Shown piece by piece: positions 28,536-37,306 of a DNA stretch of 51,010 bases. The notes under the pieces are model-generated. The model was given only the letters and a program-made list of their open reading frames with translations, did not search any database and had not been told where the DNA came from. This stretch comes from a virus (taxonomy: Duplodnaviria; Caudoviricetes): positions 1 through 51,010 of IMG/VR virus record IMGVR_UViG_3300042922_000517. One strand, written 5' to 3'. The translations under genes and the position numbers were made by a program. How positions within the stretch are numbered: position 1 is the first letter of the stretch; each line of letters begins with the position of its first letter.

Positions 28536-28712
28536 TTACAACCATAAAAGCACCAACCAATTAAACAGCTCCGCAGCCTCTACGGCTATCCAGACCAGCA
28601 CAGCAGCTATTGATATGTCACCAATGATTTCCTGCAGCGTCTTGTCTGACTCCCGGCGGGCCGTGCCGATGATCCGCCCGTTGTCGTCCCGCAATTTAAT
28701 GGATGTTCTCAT
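28536..28712 (-). CDS. 58-aa protein with C-terminal TM segment (not in ORF track)
   Basis: MRTSIKLRDDNGRIIG..IAAVLVWIAVEAAELFNWLVLLWL; GGAG RBS. Confidence 0.5.
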   Translation of the reverse strand: MRTSIKLRDDNGRIIGTARRESDKTLQEIIGDISIAAVLVWIAVEAAELFNWLVLLWL

Positions 28713-28743
28713 ATGCGCTCATCTCCGTTGTTATATGATTTAA

Positions 28744-29421
28744 TCAATCCTCAAATCGGTCATGCGGGTGAAAAGCTCCCTGCGCAGCGTAACCGTTAAG
28801 GGCATCCGTGAAGAGTCCGGTAAATATCTGCAGATCATTCGGCGGAAGCATTTCAATCAGCCGAATCTCATTGGCCCTCAACCCCCGGCCGGCTGCCGTG
28901 GATATCAGATCCACAACCGGTGCAAGCTTCTGCCGCTGCTCTGCTCGCTCCCTTTCCGCCCGTTCAATGCCGGCCAGCTTCTGATTGTGCTCTTCCCAGT
29001 CCTGGGCATCAAACCAAAAGTATTCGCCGTATTTGTCATAATGGACTGAAATCCAGAACTGCAGTTGTTCTTCGTCCGTTTGGATAATGTCGTGACACAC
29101 TCCACACAGCCGGAGCCCGTTTGCTTTGACTCCCCGGCCCCGCCGCCCCCGCGGCATAACATGGTGGGTAGTGGTTGCCGGAGCCGTCTTGCAGCATTGA
29201 CAGGCACCTTCCGACTCTCTTATAAGCTCCTGGACAACTGATGCTGGAAACTCTGCCCGGCTGGCTGAACTCTTTCCCGGTTTGTGATGTTCAAAAAGCT
29301 TTTGCTTATATTCGGGAATAGGCTTCTTGTCTTTCTTGCCCCGACCGAGGCTGCTGGCCTTCTTAACCTTTTCTTGCTTCTGTGGCTTGGGGAAAGTGCG
29401 GTGTGGCTCCACTATTCCCAC
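28744..29421 (-). CDS. HNH endonuclease-domain protein
   Basis: CQCC..HHVMPRG..NGLRLCGVCH. Confidence 0.85.
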   Translation of the reverse strand: MGIVEPHRTFPKPQKQEKVKKASSLGRGKKDKKPIPEYKQKLFEHHKPGKSSASRAEFPASVVQELIRESEGACQCCKTAPATTTHHVMPRGRRGRGVKANGLRLCGVCHDIIQTDEEQLQFWISVHYDKYGEYFWFDAQDWEEHNQKLAGIERAERERAEQRQKLAPVVDLISTAAGRGLRANEIRLIEMLPPNDLQIFTGLFTDALNGYAAQGAFHPHDRFED

Positions 29422-29434
29422 CTCCTGATGTAAG

Positions 29435-29599
29435 TTAATATTTAGGCTTTATTTTGAAATTGACGATTGCATAACGCCGCCCGGTGCGCCGGCTTATTTC
29501 TTCGGCAGCCTGCCTGCGGTAAATGATATTGGCTCCTTCATCGTGTAGCACAGCGTATAATTCTAGCACCGTGGCTAACCTCCAGCTGAAATCCTTCAT
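29435..29599 (-). CDS. Hypothetical protein
   Basis: MKDFSWRLATVLELY; resembles the N-terminus of 31897..32211 (NWRTNEELLQII). Confidence 0.5.
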   Translation of the reverse strand: MKDFSWRLATVLELYAVLHDEGANIIYRRQAAEEISRRTGRRYAIVNFKIKPKY

Positions 29600-29928
29600 G
29601 TTGTCATCACCGGCCTTTGCCGTTTTAACCATCTGTCTTCATAATGTGTAGTCTTTTTCAGATCCAATTTTTCAGGCTGTCTATGATAAAAGGGTACGTA
29701 CCTGTAATCGTCTTTGATTTCAATTCGGTATATAAAAGCTACGGGATACTCGCGGTCCTGCACTGGGGATCCCAGCGCGGCGCAGCGTCTTCTTGTCAGG
29801 ATGATTCCATCCAATGGTGGCTCACCGAACCACCTTCCATTTAAAGCGCCCGGCGCGTCCGGAATAAAACAGGCAGCTCCGGTATCCATCATTTCGTTCC
29901 TGGTGTATCTCCCTTTTTGGTCGGGCAT
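29596..29928 (-). CDS. Hypothetical protein
   Basis: GGGGAG RBS; operon orientation. Confidence 0.65.
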   Translation of the reverse strand: MPDQKGRYTRNEMMDTGAACFIPDAPGALNGRWFGEPPLDGIILTRRRCAALGSPVQDREYPVAFIYRIEIKDDYRYVPFYHRQPEKLDLKKTTHYEDRWLKRQRPVMTT

Positions 29929-29978
29929 GACGTTCTCCCCTTTAAGGGTGGGGCAGCTGTAGCCGCCCCGGTATGATA

Positions 29979-30686
29979 TTAAGCGATGATTACGAAGTCA
30001 CCGGTGCCAATTTCATCTTTCAATTCTTTTTCCAAGTACGCTTTGATTGTGTCCATGGCTTCAACCTTCCAAGCTCCGCCGTCTGCTTCGATTAGGGCTG
30101 CAGTCGGGCCGCTCCGCATCCGGAAGACGAAGAGTGATTGCGGCTGGTTAATTTCAACAAATGTACGATACGGGAACAAGTTGACCGGATTCGGAATGGT
30201 TACGTTCGCCACGGTAGCAACTCCCGTTTTTGCTGTAATCTGCTGGGCAACTCCATCATCGCCGGTGTTCTGTACATTCTCCTCTTTGATGTTTCCTACA
30301 ATTTTAAGCAGTTCGGCCCGGGTGTCGGATGGAACAAAGAGAGACTGCAGCATGATATTAAAAGATTCTGCATCCATAAAGCTGTCAAAGCGGATGGAAG
30401 GAAGCAGGGCGTCTGCAACAGCGAACGTGGAACGGACGGAATCGTCATTGAATGAACTGAATGCAGAAACTTTGGTCGGGCTCTCAACATGAATCATGAG
30501 TTTTCCCGGAGCATCGTATTGAGATTTGAGATATTCCACAAATCCGGAAAGGCTGCGGATCACCAGAGGTGCCGGAGTTGGATGCTTTAATAGTGTCAAG
30601 GAGTGATTGGAGTATTGCTGGCCGTTAATTTCGAGTGTCTTTTGACTTGCCAACCCGGCGATGTATTGCAGTGCTTCTTTGATCAT
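29979..30686 (-). CDS. Conserved phage protein (partner of 30689..31102)
   Basis: DDGVAQQ..PNPVNLFPYRTFVEINQP..FVFRMR..EADGGAWK. Confidence 0.8.
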   Translation of the reverse strand: MIKEALQYIAGLASQKTLEINGQQYSNHSLTLLKHPTPAPLVIRSLSGFVEYLKSQYDAPGKLMIHVESPTKVSAFSSFNDDSVRSTFAVADALLPSIRFDSFMDAESFNIMLQSLFVPSDTRAELLKIVGNIKEENVQNTGDDGVAQQITAKTGVATVANVTIPNPVNLFPYRTFVEINQPQSLFVFRMRSGPTAALIEADGGAWKVEAMDTIKAYLEKELKDEIGTGDFVIIA

Positions 30687-30688
30687 TG

Positions 30689-31102
30689 TTATTTAGCCTC
30701 CTGTGATTTACGTTGTAAGTATGAAACATTGCTTTCTGCTTCCTGCTCTTTTACCTTGACCCCTTTGTCGTCCGCGATGTCGCCGTCATTATCGATCATC
30801 ATTTGATTTTTCATGCCGGAAACGAGCTCCGCTGCAACCGGAGTACCGTCATTTTCGACACCGAAGATGATTTTTGTAGCAATGCCGTGCGCCGGTGCCA
30901 GCGTGGTCTTAACATCTGCGGACACAAGGGCAATTTCCCTTTCCTCGTCCGGCTTCAGTGTGATTGTAACTACTACCTTGCGGGCCTTCTTCCAGTCGGT
31001 ATTCGGGTCCTGGACGTTCTCAGCGATCTTCTGCAGCTCAATGTTAATCCGCTCCCCTACAGCTCCACCTGCTAATGTACTGAGATTGATGTTTGTCTTC
31101 AT
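30689..31102 (-). CDS. Conserved phage protein often annotated 'replication terminator'
   Basis: LAGGAVGERINIEL..NVQDPNTD.KKARK; GGAGG RBS supports start at 31102. Confidence 0.7.
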   Translation of the reverse strand: MKTNINLSTLAGGAVGERINIELQKIAENVQDPNTDWKKARKVVVTITLKPDEEREIALVSADVKTTLAPAHGIATKIIFGVENDGTPVAAELVSGMKNQMMIDNDGDIADDKGVKVKEQEAESNVSYLQRKSQEAK

Positions 31103-31197
31103 GCTGTCTGACCTCCGTATGGTTGTTTTTGGTTTTATAGGCACACCAGTTCGATTAATAGCTGCGGCGGTGCGCGGTCCCGGGTCATATCCGGCCC

Positions 31198-31797
31198 CTA
31201 CGCTTTAGCTGGAAACCAAATTCTATCAACGGCTGCCAGGAAGTCCACCGGCACCCTGCCGTTACGAATCTCGTAACCTTCAATCTCAAAATCGTCTATT
31301 GATATGCTCTTGCGTCCGCCCGGCACCTCCGAAGCCTGTTTGAAGACTCTTAATGCGACAAAAGGCAGGAGATACATTTTCCGGTTACGTCCAAAACTGA
31401 CAAGGATGAAAGCCATTGATCCGTGTCTGTGCGATTTCTCCAGGTGATCATATTGGTGTTTCTCGATCCTGTTCAGATTAAGGCGCATAAGGTCGGCTAC
31501 TTCTTTCGCTTCAAAATCAATCCGGCGGTCCCGGTAGATGCCATCATAGTCTACGGTGGAAGGCTTCTCGAATACCGCCTTGGTAATCATGCCGCCGCGC
31601 TGCTCCAGCACCTTAACCGGGGTTGGACGTTTATTAATAATGGCCCTGTTCATGGATTCGTACATTTCGTTGCTCAAGTCAATGTGGCTTTCAAAAATCA
31701 TCCCCCTATTCGCGTGACTGATGGGGCCCTGCTTCTTTCTTGTTCTTACGCCCATAAATACCACCCTTCCCATCTGGCCGCGGCGGATCAAGAACAT
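31198..31797 (-). CDS. recU: Holliday junction resolvase RecU
   Basis: NRGM.FE, KRPTP, STVDYDGIY, DFEAKE and HQ..HL motifs. Confidence 0.93.
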   Translation of the reverse strand: MFLIRRGQMGRVVFMGVRTRKKQGPISHANRGMIFESHIDLSNEMYESMNRAIINKRPTPVKVLEQRGGMITKAVFEKPSTVDYDGIYRDRRIDFEAKEVADLMRLNLNRIEKHQYDHLEKSHRHGSMAFILVSFGRNRKMYLLPFVALRVFKQASEVPGGRKSISIDDFEIEGYEIRNGRVPVDFLAAVDRIWFPAKA

Positions 31798-31900
31798 ATC
31801 TCATGTCATCGATCATTAGCACGCTCGGCACTTCATCGTGGAGTTTAATAACCGTTGCGATTTTCTTGTATTTCTTACCGATTTCATATTTTGTTGTCAT
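31706..31900 (-). CDS. Hypothetical protein
   Basis: Coupled start; operon orientation. Confidence 0.55.
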   Translation of the reverse strand: MTTKYEIGKKYKKIATVIKLHDEVPSVLMIDDMRYVLDPPRPDGKGGIYGRKNKKEAGPHQSRE

Positions 31901-32211
31901 CCTGCAGCCTCGGCATCATCTTTCCAAGGGAACAACGGCTTAATTTGATTTAGTAGAGTGCGCTCCGCTGCATTCATCCGCTCCAGATAGTAATCTTGCT
32001 GTTCAAGCTTCAACCGATCCTTACAGCCAGCACACACCGGCACAGTCGCCCAGGTGGTTCCAGCGTGATTCTTACAGCCGGGGACCAAGCAAGGCTTATT
32101 TACGCGCTTTATCCGTTCAATCGCCGCCTTCATTCTAAACTCAGGGGCAATACTGTCAGTGTTGATGATCTGCAGTAATTCCTCATTTGTTCTCCAGTTC
32201 AGAAAGTTCAC
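31897..32211 (-). CDS. Cys-containing hypothetical protein
   Basis: CLVPGC..VCAGC; coupled to the rep stop. Confidence 0.6.
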   Translation of the reverse strand: MNFLNWRTNEELLQIINTDSIAPEFRMKAAIERIKRVNKPCLVPGCKNHAGTTWATVPVCAGCKDRLKLEQQDYYLERMNAAERTLLNQIKPLFPWKDDAEAAG

Positions 32212-33194
32212 CGTTTTATCCCCTCCTGTTGTCTCCGTTCCCGTTCCGCTTTTAAATCTCTTGCCTTTTGCATCATTTTTTCATGTTCTTCTGGGGTCAA
32301 GCTGCCCTCCTTGCCGTCATCCTGAACAATTGGGATTTCCGTTTTCCCTGAATAACCGCCAGCGCTGTAACTGTTCTTCTTAGGTTTTTGCTGGACTCTC
32401 ATATCGGTCAGTATCTTCGGGTACTGTTCCCTCAAGTTATCCGGGCTGAAAATGATTGTCCGGTAAAAGTTATGTGATAATGCGTATTTTATTGTTTCTC
32501 CTAATTCAATCTCTGGAATCTTATCCTTTTCGAGGATCAGCCGAAAAGTATTTGCCCATTTTTGAAAATTAGGATTATTGATTAAATGGCTTGTTCCGAG
32601 CTCTAAAGCATTCTCGTAAGCAATATCATGAAATCGCTTAGCCAACCTATACACCCGATCATCCTCGGAATAAACGCGCTTAGCGTTTTTCTGAGAGGGA
32701 GGTTTTGGGGTCTCTATCTTTTTATTATCTTTGTTCTCTTTATTATCTTTATTATTATTGTTCCATCCCTGTTCCAACTGCGTTCCATCCCCGTTCTCAG
32801 TGCGTTCCAAGTCCGTTCCAACGCTGTTCCAAGTTGTCTTTTTATAGTGTTCAAAACCTTGATACATCGCGTAATTAACGACTGTAAAGAGCGTTCCAAG
32901 TTCGGTATCTTCAATTTTCAATCGTTCTTCCTTAACGAGTTGATCAATTTTTCTCGAAATAACGGATAATGAGTACTTTTTAACGGAACGGTTCTCAATA
33001 TATTCCAAATCATTCGCTAGATTTCGGTATGCCCGGAGAAATTGACCGCGCTTCACATGAACACCGGAGATCACTTTTCCATCCTCCGCATACACTGCAT
33101 TCCCAACGATGTAGAAGAAGATTCGGAATTTCGGAATGTCCTGCCATATTGGATTCTCAAAGATATCCCGGCTCGTTTGAAACGCGCCACTCAT
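32208..33194 (-). CDS. Replication initiator protein
   Basis: RDIFENPIW, KRGQFLRAYRNLA, TLFTVVNYAMYQ N-terminal wHTH; internal iterons; C-terminal IFSPDNLREQYPKI. Confidence 0.88.
   Translation of the reverse strand: MSGAFQTSRDIFENPIWQDIPKFRIFFYIVGNAVYAEDGKVISGVHVKRGQFLRAYRNLANDLEYIENRSVKKYSLSVISRKIDQLVKEERLKIEDTELGTLFTVVNYAMYQGFEHYKKTTWNSVGTDLERTENGDGTQLEQGWNNNNKDNKENKDNKKIETPKPPSQKNAKRVYSEDDRVYRLAKRFHDIAYENALELGTSHLINNPNFQKWANTFRLILEKDKIPEIELGETIKYALSHNFYRTIIFSPDNLREQYPKILTDMRVQQKPKKNSYSAGGYSGKTEIPIVQDDGKEGSLTPEEHEKMMQKARDLKAERERRQQEGIKR
32712..32836. promoter_or_regulatory. Replication origin: seven 11-bp iterons plus AT-rich tract
   Basis: GTTCCA (one GTTCTC) at 32760, 32771, 32782, 32793, 32804, 32815 and 32826, next to the AT-rich 32712-32759. 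Confidence 0.85.
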
Positions 33195-33211
33195 GAAACC
33201 ACCTGCTTACC

Positions 33212-33589
33212 TTATGTCTTGGCTGTCTTTTTCTTTTGAGGCTCCACAGCGTCCGCGTGAGCGCACTTCTCGCTGCAGTAATGCCGTTTCCTATATTTCA
33301 GTGATTTAGTTTTGGCAGGCAAGGTATTCGTACACTCGGGATATGCGCAGGGCCTGGAGAACTTCAAAGGCATTTGAGATCGTTTCGGCCCCTTCGTCCG
33401 GTCGTCATCTTTACCAATAGACATTTTATCCACCTTTGCAAGTTCCTTACGAAGAAGCATGATTTCATCTTTCTTCTCGGCTGATGGTACGCCGTATAAG
33501 CGCACTATGTCGGCCTGCTCCCGATACTTAACCGTAAGCCCCTGGCGCAGCCTCTGCCGCTCTGACAGGTCTTCTGACGTCTTGTTCAC
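33212..33589 (-). CDS. Hypothetical protein with C-terminal zinc finger
   Basis: CAYPEC..YCSEKC. Confidence 0.65.
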   Translation of the reverse strand: MNKTSEDLSERQRLRQGLTVKYREQADIVRLYGVPSAEKKDEIMLLRKELAKVDKMSIGKDDDRTKGPKRSQMPLKFSRPCAYPECTNTLPAKTKSLKYRKRHYCSEKCAHADAVEPQKKKTAKT

Positions 33590-33990
33590 TAACCCCCACC
33601 TCCGTAGGACATTTTGTTTTCCCGGTTCGCCTTAAGGTGCAACGTAAAGAGTTGTTGATAGACTGATTCTCGTTCATGCTTCCATAACATCCATTCTTCT
33701 TTAGCTGTTGCTTCTAGCATTCTCAATTCCATAATAGAGAGCTCAGCTCGCGTTTCCTTATCATTTGGACCTGTTGATGCCTTAGCCTGAGCGTGAGTAG
33801 ACTTTCTGAGGGCGTATACGCGCATGTATTCGCCTTCTCTAACGGCCTCTACACGCCCCATGTACATGTAGGCATCATTGAGCAGGTCCAGTTTAAGAAA
33901 GTCAGCTCCAGGCGCATCCCCGTCAATTTTCGCTGCTTTGGCACGGAGAATCTTCGACTCCTTAATGCAGTGCTTAACATCAATGTCCAT
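33589..33990 (-). CDS. Hypothetical helical protein
   Basis: Coupled ORF. Confidence 0.65.
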   Translation of the reverse strand: MDIDVKHCIKESKILRAKAAKIDGDAPGADFLKLDLLNDAYMYMGRVEAVREGEYMRVYALRKSTHAQAKASTGPNDKETRAELSIMELRMLEATAKEEWMLWKHERESVYQQLFTLHLKANRENKMSYGGGG

Positions 33991-34498
33991 CGGGCTGTCC
34001 GGCTGCCAGCATCAGGCCATAGCAGTTATAACCGCAGCACAATGCGTTCTTATTATCAGCCCTCACTCGCATAGCTCTTGCTCCAGCCGGAATAACATCA
34101 CCGCAGCCGGCACAGAATCGGGGGCTCAAAAGAGGTATCCGATTTGGTTCCTCCATTTTCAGCAGCAGTTTTAGTTGCTTATAACGGTGACGCTCTGGTG
34201 TCATTTGGAAATATCCCATACCTGCAACATGATGAATAAAGAGGTAGTCGATTTTATTTCGAATTCTTACCAACAAATCCTCATGCTCTAATACAAGCCG
34301 TTCTTCGAGCGTAAGCTCCATCTTTTCCCGAAGCACAGTTTGATTCGGTTCGTACCTCATTTTGTAGATTACTGACCAAAGCAGATTATCCCTATGACAC
34401 TGGGTAACTAACTCCTCACCAGTTTCATACTCCCGATATGGTATATTGATAAGCGCATCTTCGGTGTTAAGAGACATATTCATTGCGCATGCCTCCAA
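33980..34498 (-). CDS. Hypothetical protein with C-terminal zinc finger
   Basis: FCAGCG..CCGYNC. Confidence 0.65.
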   Translation of the reverse strand: MEACAMNMSLNTEDALINIPYREYETGEELVTQCHRDNLLWSVIYKMRYEPNQTVLREKMELTLEERLVLEHEDLLVRIRNKIDYLFIHHVAGMGYFQMTPERHRYKQLKLLLKMEEPNRIPLLSPRFCAGCGDVIPAGARAMRVRADNKNALCCGYNCYGLMLAAGQPDGH

Positions 34499-34790
34499 AC
34501 TGTGTTAAACTGTCCGTAATTGAATTTGTTATGTTCGTGTTCAGCTCTCCGGCTCCTACCCCGGTGGGCTGTTTTTCATTTGAGAAGAATAATGCATGGG
34601 TTTCAAACATTCTCCGTGTGGGGCCATCCCAGAGATTCAGCAACTCATCCTGCAGCCGGCGGCGCTGCTTTGCAGCATACTCAGCGATCTTCAGGTCTAC
34701 TTCCCCGCCGCGCCAGTGCGCATCCTGCTGTACCTGGAGCCAGAAGGCTATTTCCTCTCTTAAATCACGCTCAATGAGTTTTTTGTCCAA
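34467..34790 (-). CDS. Hypothetical protein
   Basis: Coupled ORF with RBS. Confidence 0.55.
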   Translation of the reverse strand: MDKKLIERDLREEIAFWLQVQQDAHWRGGEVDLKIAEYAAKQRRRLQDELLNLWDGPTRRMFETHALFFSNEKQPTGVGAGELNTNITNSITDSLTQFGGMRNEYVS

Positions 34791-35053
34791 GATTCCTCAC
34801 CCTCCCATGATTTCGGCTGTTCTGCAATTGCTTCATTCAGAAGAAATTTGCCAAACTTATTCAAAATTACAATGGCCTGCGGATCTCCGAATTCATCAGT
34901 GCCTTCAAGCCAGATACCGCGGAAATCCTCTTTAAAAGTCAATTGAAGATTACGTTCAATCACTTCCCCGGTTGTTGGGTCCGCTGCAATAATCTTTACT
35001 TCATTTGCCCGAAACCCTTTCTTAGTCACATCTGGGACCAGTTCGATTGCCAA
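34760..35053 (-). CDS. Hypothetical protein
   Basis: GGAGG RBS, TTG start. Confidence 0.6.
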   Translation of the reverse strand: MAIELVPDVTKKGFRANEVKIIAADPTTGEVIERNLQLTFKEDFRGIWLEGTDEFGDPQAIVILNKFGKFLLNEAIAEQPKSWEGEESWTKNSLSVI

Positions 35054-35064
35054 GTTAATCCCTC

Positions 35065-35808
35065 CTATGATTCGAATCCCATAAATTTATTGATAAAATA
35101 GCCAATTCCCTTGCCGGTAATCTTCGGTGTCCGTGTTACCTTCATTCTTTCACTGGCACTCCCGCGCTGCCCGATTTTGATTTCCATGATCTGCAGCTCC
35201 ATTGAGCGTTGAGTCGGCATGTTGTATTCTGAGCCGGATTTGATTAGGTAGCCCTGCTGCCGGAGCTCCCGGAACAGCCTTATCTCTCCGATATCAATTC
35301 CTTTCTGCCGAAGCAGTTTTGCCAAATCTCCAATCAGTATCGAATCCTTGGATACCTCCAGAGCCTCTGCGAACACGACCTTGTGCCGATCCTCGTCAAT
35401 CTTTGCCTCTAACGCCTTCCGGGCTGCCCGTTCCTCCTTGAGCCTCGTAGCTGCCTGAATTAAGAGGTCCGGATTATCTAACAGTTCATCCGTTGCATAC
35501 ATTCCTGTCTTCCGTATAGCCGGCAGCACTGCGTGAGTGATCCACCGTTTGAAGCTTTTGGCCTCTGGTTTTCGGCTGCCGAGTATGAGCGCATATAGCC
35601 CGGGTTCATTTACGGCAAGCATTTCCTGATATCCACCAAGGGTCTGTATTAAACGCAACCCCTTTTCGTCTTCATCGAGTCTCCTGGTTTGTGATTGATC
35701 TATATCGATTGCTTGGCATACATCCCTTGCAATCCACCAAGGTTGACCCTCATGTACGACCACTCGCACTTCCTGGCCCGCGAAATTGAATACTTGTAGT
35801 TGATTCAT
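35065..35808 (-). CDS. Antirepressor (BRO-N + KilA-C/ANT)
   Basis: VRVV..GQPWWIARDVC, NEPGLYALILGSRKPEAKSFKRW, IGDLAKLL and TPKITGKG motifs. Confidence 0.93.
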   Translation of the reverse strand: MNQLQVFNFAGQEVRVVVHEGQPWWIARDVCQAIDIDQSQTRRLDEDEKGLRLIQTLGGYQEMLAVNEPGLYALILGSRKPEAKSFKRWITHAVLPAIRKTGMYATDELLDNPDLLIQAATRLKEERAARKALEAKIDEDRHKVVFAEALEVSKDSILIGDLAKLLRQKGIDIGEIRLFRELRQQGYLIKSGSEYNMPTQRSMELQIMEIKIGQRGSASERMKVTRTPKITGKGIGYFINKFMGFES

Positions 35809-35822
35809 GTTGTCACTTCCTT

Positions 35823-36005
35823 TCAGGTAGCCACAGAGGTTAAATTAATAATCTCCAATTCATCTATAATCCGGATCATTTCCGGGTTATCCATATGCTG
35901 CCGGCGTGCCCGGTCCAGGAAATCCTGCAGCTGCTCTGGTGTGCATCCACGTTCTAAACAGTTTTGGAATATCGCTGTAAGACTGGGGCGCTTTCTTTGT
36001 TTCAT
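35823..36005 (-). CDS. Hypothetical protein
   Basis: AAGGAGG RBS before MKQRKRP. Confidence 0.6.
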   Translation of the reverse strand: MKQRKRPSLTAIFQNCLERGCTPEQLQDFLDRARRQHMDNPEMIRIIDELEIINLTSVAT

Positions 36006-36070
36006 ACCCAACCTCCTTAAAATCAAATGCTTGTCCAACTGGTAGGGAGCTTGTCCATCACGGGAGGCTC

Positions 36071-36199
36071 TCACGAGCCCGCTTGCACCTCCTCAGAGGT
36101 TTCAACTGCAGCCTGTTTCGCCCGTTCCATTGCTTTGACACACAAGTCATAGATGAAGTCCTGTACGTCCTGTGGAAATTGTTCGATATGCATCTTCAT
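36071..36199 (-). CDS. 42-aa hypothetical protein (not in ORF track)
   Basis: GGGAGG RBS; MKMHIEQFPQDVQDFIYDLCVKAMERAKQ.. Confidence 0.55.
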   Translation of the reverse strand: MKMHIEQFPQDVQDFIYDLCVKAMERAKQAAVETSEEVQAGS

Positions 36200-36243
36200 C
36201 CCTCCCTGTTACATGTGTATGAAATTAATGGAATAGGACGACC

Positions 36244-36507
36244 CTAATTTCTACCTGGAATAGCTTGCTGCTGAAGAATTTCGCTAAAAGCGGATTCAGG
36301 CCCAAAAAAAATATTGTCTTGCTTGGTATAATAGACACGCTCGATTTCCCAAACTTTTTCTTGGGAGATTCTTGCTGAGTCTTCTTCCCACAACCTCAGA
36401 GTAGCGTCACTAACATTCAATAACTTTGCCGCTTCTTTCTGAGATAAACCTAGTCTTACCCTCAGTGATCTGAGCGTATTTTTGAGGTATGCAGGTGTGG
36501 TTGCCAT
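36244..36507 (-). CDS. cro: Cro-like XRE HTH regulator
   Basis: TLRSLRVRLGLSQKEAAKLLNVSDATLRLWE; divergent from cI. Confidence 0.88.
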   Translation of the reverse strand: MATTPAYLKNTLRSLRVRLGLSQKEAAKLLNVSDATLRLWEEDSARISQEKVWEIERVYYTKQDNIFFGPESAFSEILQQQAIPGRN

Positions 36508-36535
36508 ATGCGCTTCACCTCCTTGAGAACATAAT

Positions 36536-36630
36536 AATCCGCTTTAAGCGAAATGTAAATACCTAAATTTCGTTTTAAGCGGATTTATTTTCGTGAAATA
36601 CGTTGTTTTTTTCGTTTAAAGCGATATAAT
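36536..36630. promoter_or_regulatory. Genetic switch: three operators (CGYTTWAAGCG) and divergent promoters
   Basis: Cores at 36540-36550, 36571-36581 and 36613-36623; TATAAT at 36625-36630. Confidence 0.8.
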
Positions 36631-36652
36631 AATAAGTAAATATATTAAGGGA

Positions 36653-37300
36653 GTGCGGATTGTGGAAGAGAAGAATCTGAAAGAAATATTCTCAGTAAAT
36701 ATACTCTTATTAAGAAAAAGTAAGAATATGACTCAAGGTGATCTTGCCGATGTTTTAGGGGTCGGTATTTCCACTGTATCGGATTGGGAAAAGGGAAAAA
36801 AGTATCCTAGATCTGGCGCCACCGAAAAAATATCGGAATACTTCAATGTTTCTAAGAGCAGGTTGTTCGAAGAAGCTAAGAGTGTTAGTGATTTGTATGA
36901 AGATGCTAACGAGATTTCTGCACTTCCGATCGTAGGGGGAATATCATGCGGGAATGGAACGATTGCGTACGAGAACATTGATGGATATGAAGACACGCCT
37001 AAGTCATGGGTCCGTGGTGGAGAATTCTTTTATCTTAGAGCTTCTGGTGATAGTATGATCAATGCGAGAATATTTGACGGAGATCTCCTATTAATTCGTA
37101 AACAAGAATATGTAGAAGATGGCGAAATTGCTGCCGTTCTTATTGATGATGAGGTATTTCTAAAAAGAGTATACAAGAATGATGATACTTTAATTCTACA
37201 GTCAGAAAACCCTACATATCCTCAAATTACAAAAACCGCTTCTGATCATCAAAACATAAGAGTGATTGGAAAATTGAAAAGAATTATCATCAAACTTTAA
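36653..37300 (+). CDS. cI: CI-like repressor (XRE HTH + S24 autopeptidase)
   Basis: HTH; ISCG cleavage-site region; GDSM catalytic Ser; LKR catalytic Lys. Confidence 0.93.
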   Translation: MRIVEEKNLKEIFSVNILLLRKSKNMTQGDLADVLGVGISTVSDWEKGKKYPRSGATEKISEYFNVSKSRLFEEAKSVSDLYEDANEISALPIVGGISCGNGTIAYENIDGYEDTPKSWVRGGEFFYLRASGDSMINARIFDGDLLLIRKQEYVEDGEIAAVLIDDEVFLKRVYKNDDTLILQSENPTYPQITKTASDHQNIRVIGKLKRIIIKL

Positions 37301-37306
37301 ATAGAG

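Noticed and set aside
31110-31200. GC-rich intergenic stretch after recU as a second ribozyme
   Set aside because: Hairpins are possible, but no hammerhead, twister or HDV core could be matched.
32760-32836. Short regularly spaced repeats as a possible CRISPR or mini-array
   Set aside because: 11-bp period with no spacers, inside a replication initiator; fits iterons. No cas genes or CRISPR array seen.
37-35000. Many plus-strand ORFs in the track overlapping structural and early genes (e.g. 5523..6149, 29986..30492, 30813..31208)
   Set aside because: Antisense shadows of well-supported minus-strand genes, with no RBS or family motifs; only 28168..28368 was kept.
36010-36243. Sporulation sigma (E/K) promoters suggested by CATACACAT and a repeated GGACAAGC
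   Set aside because: Spacing and -35 matches are too weak to support by eye.
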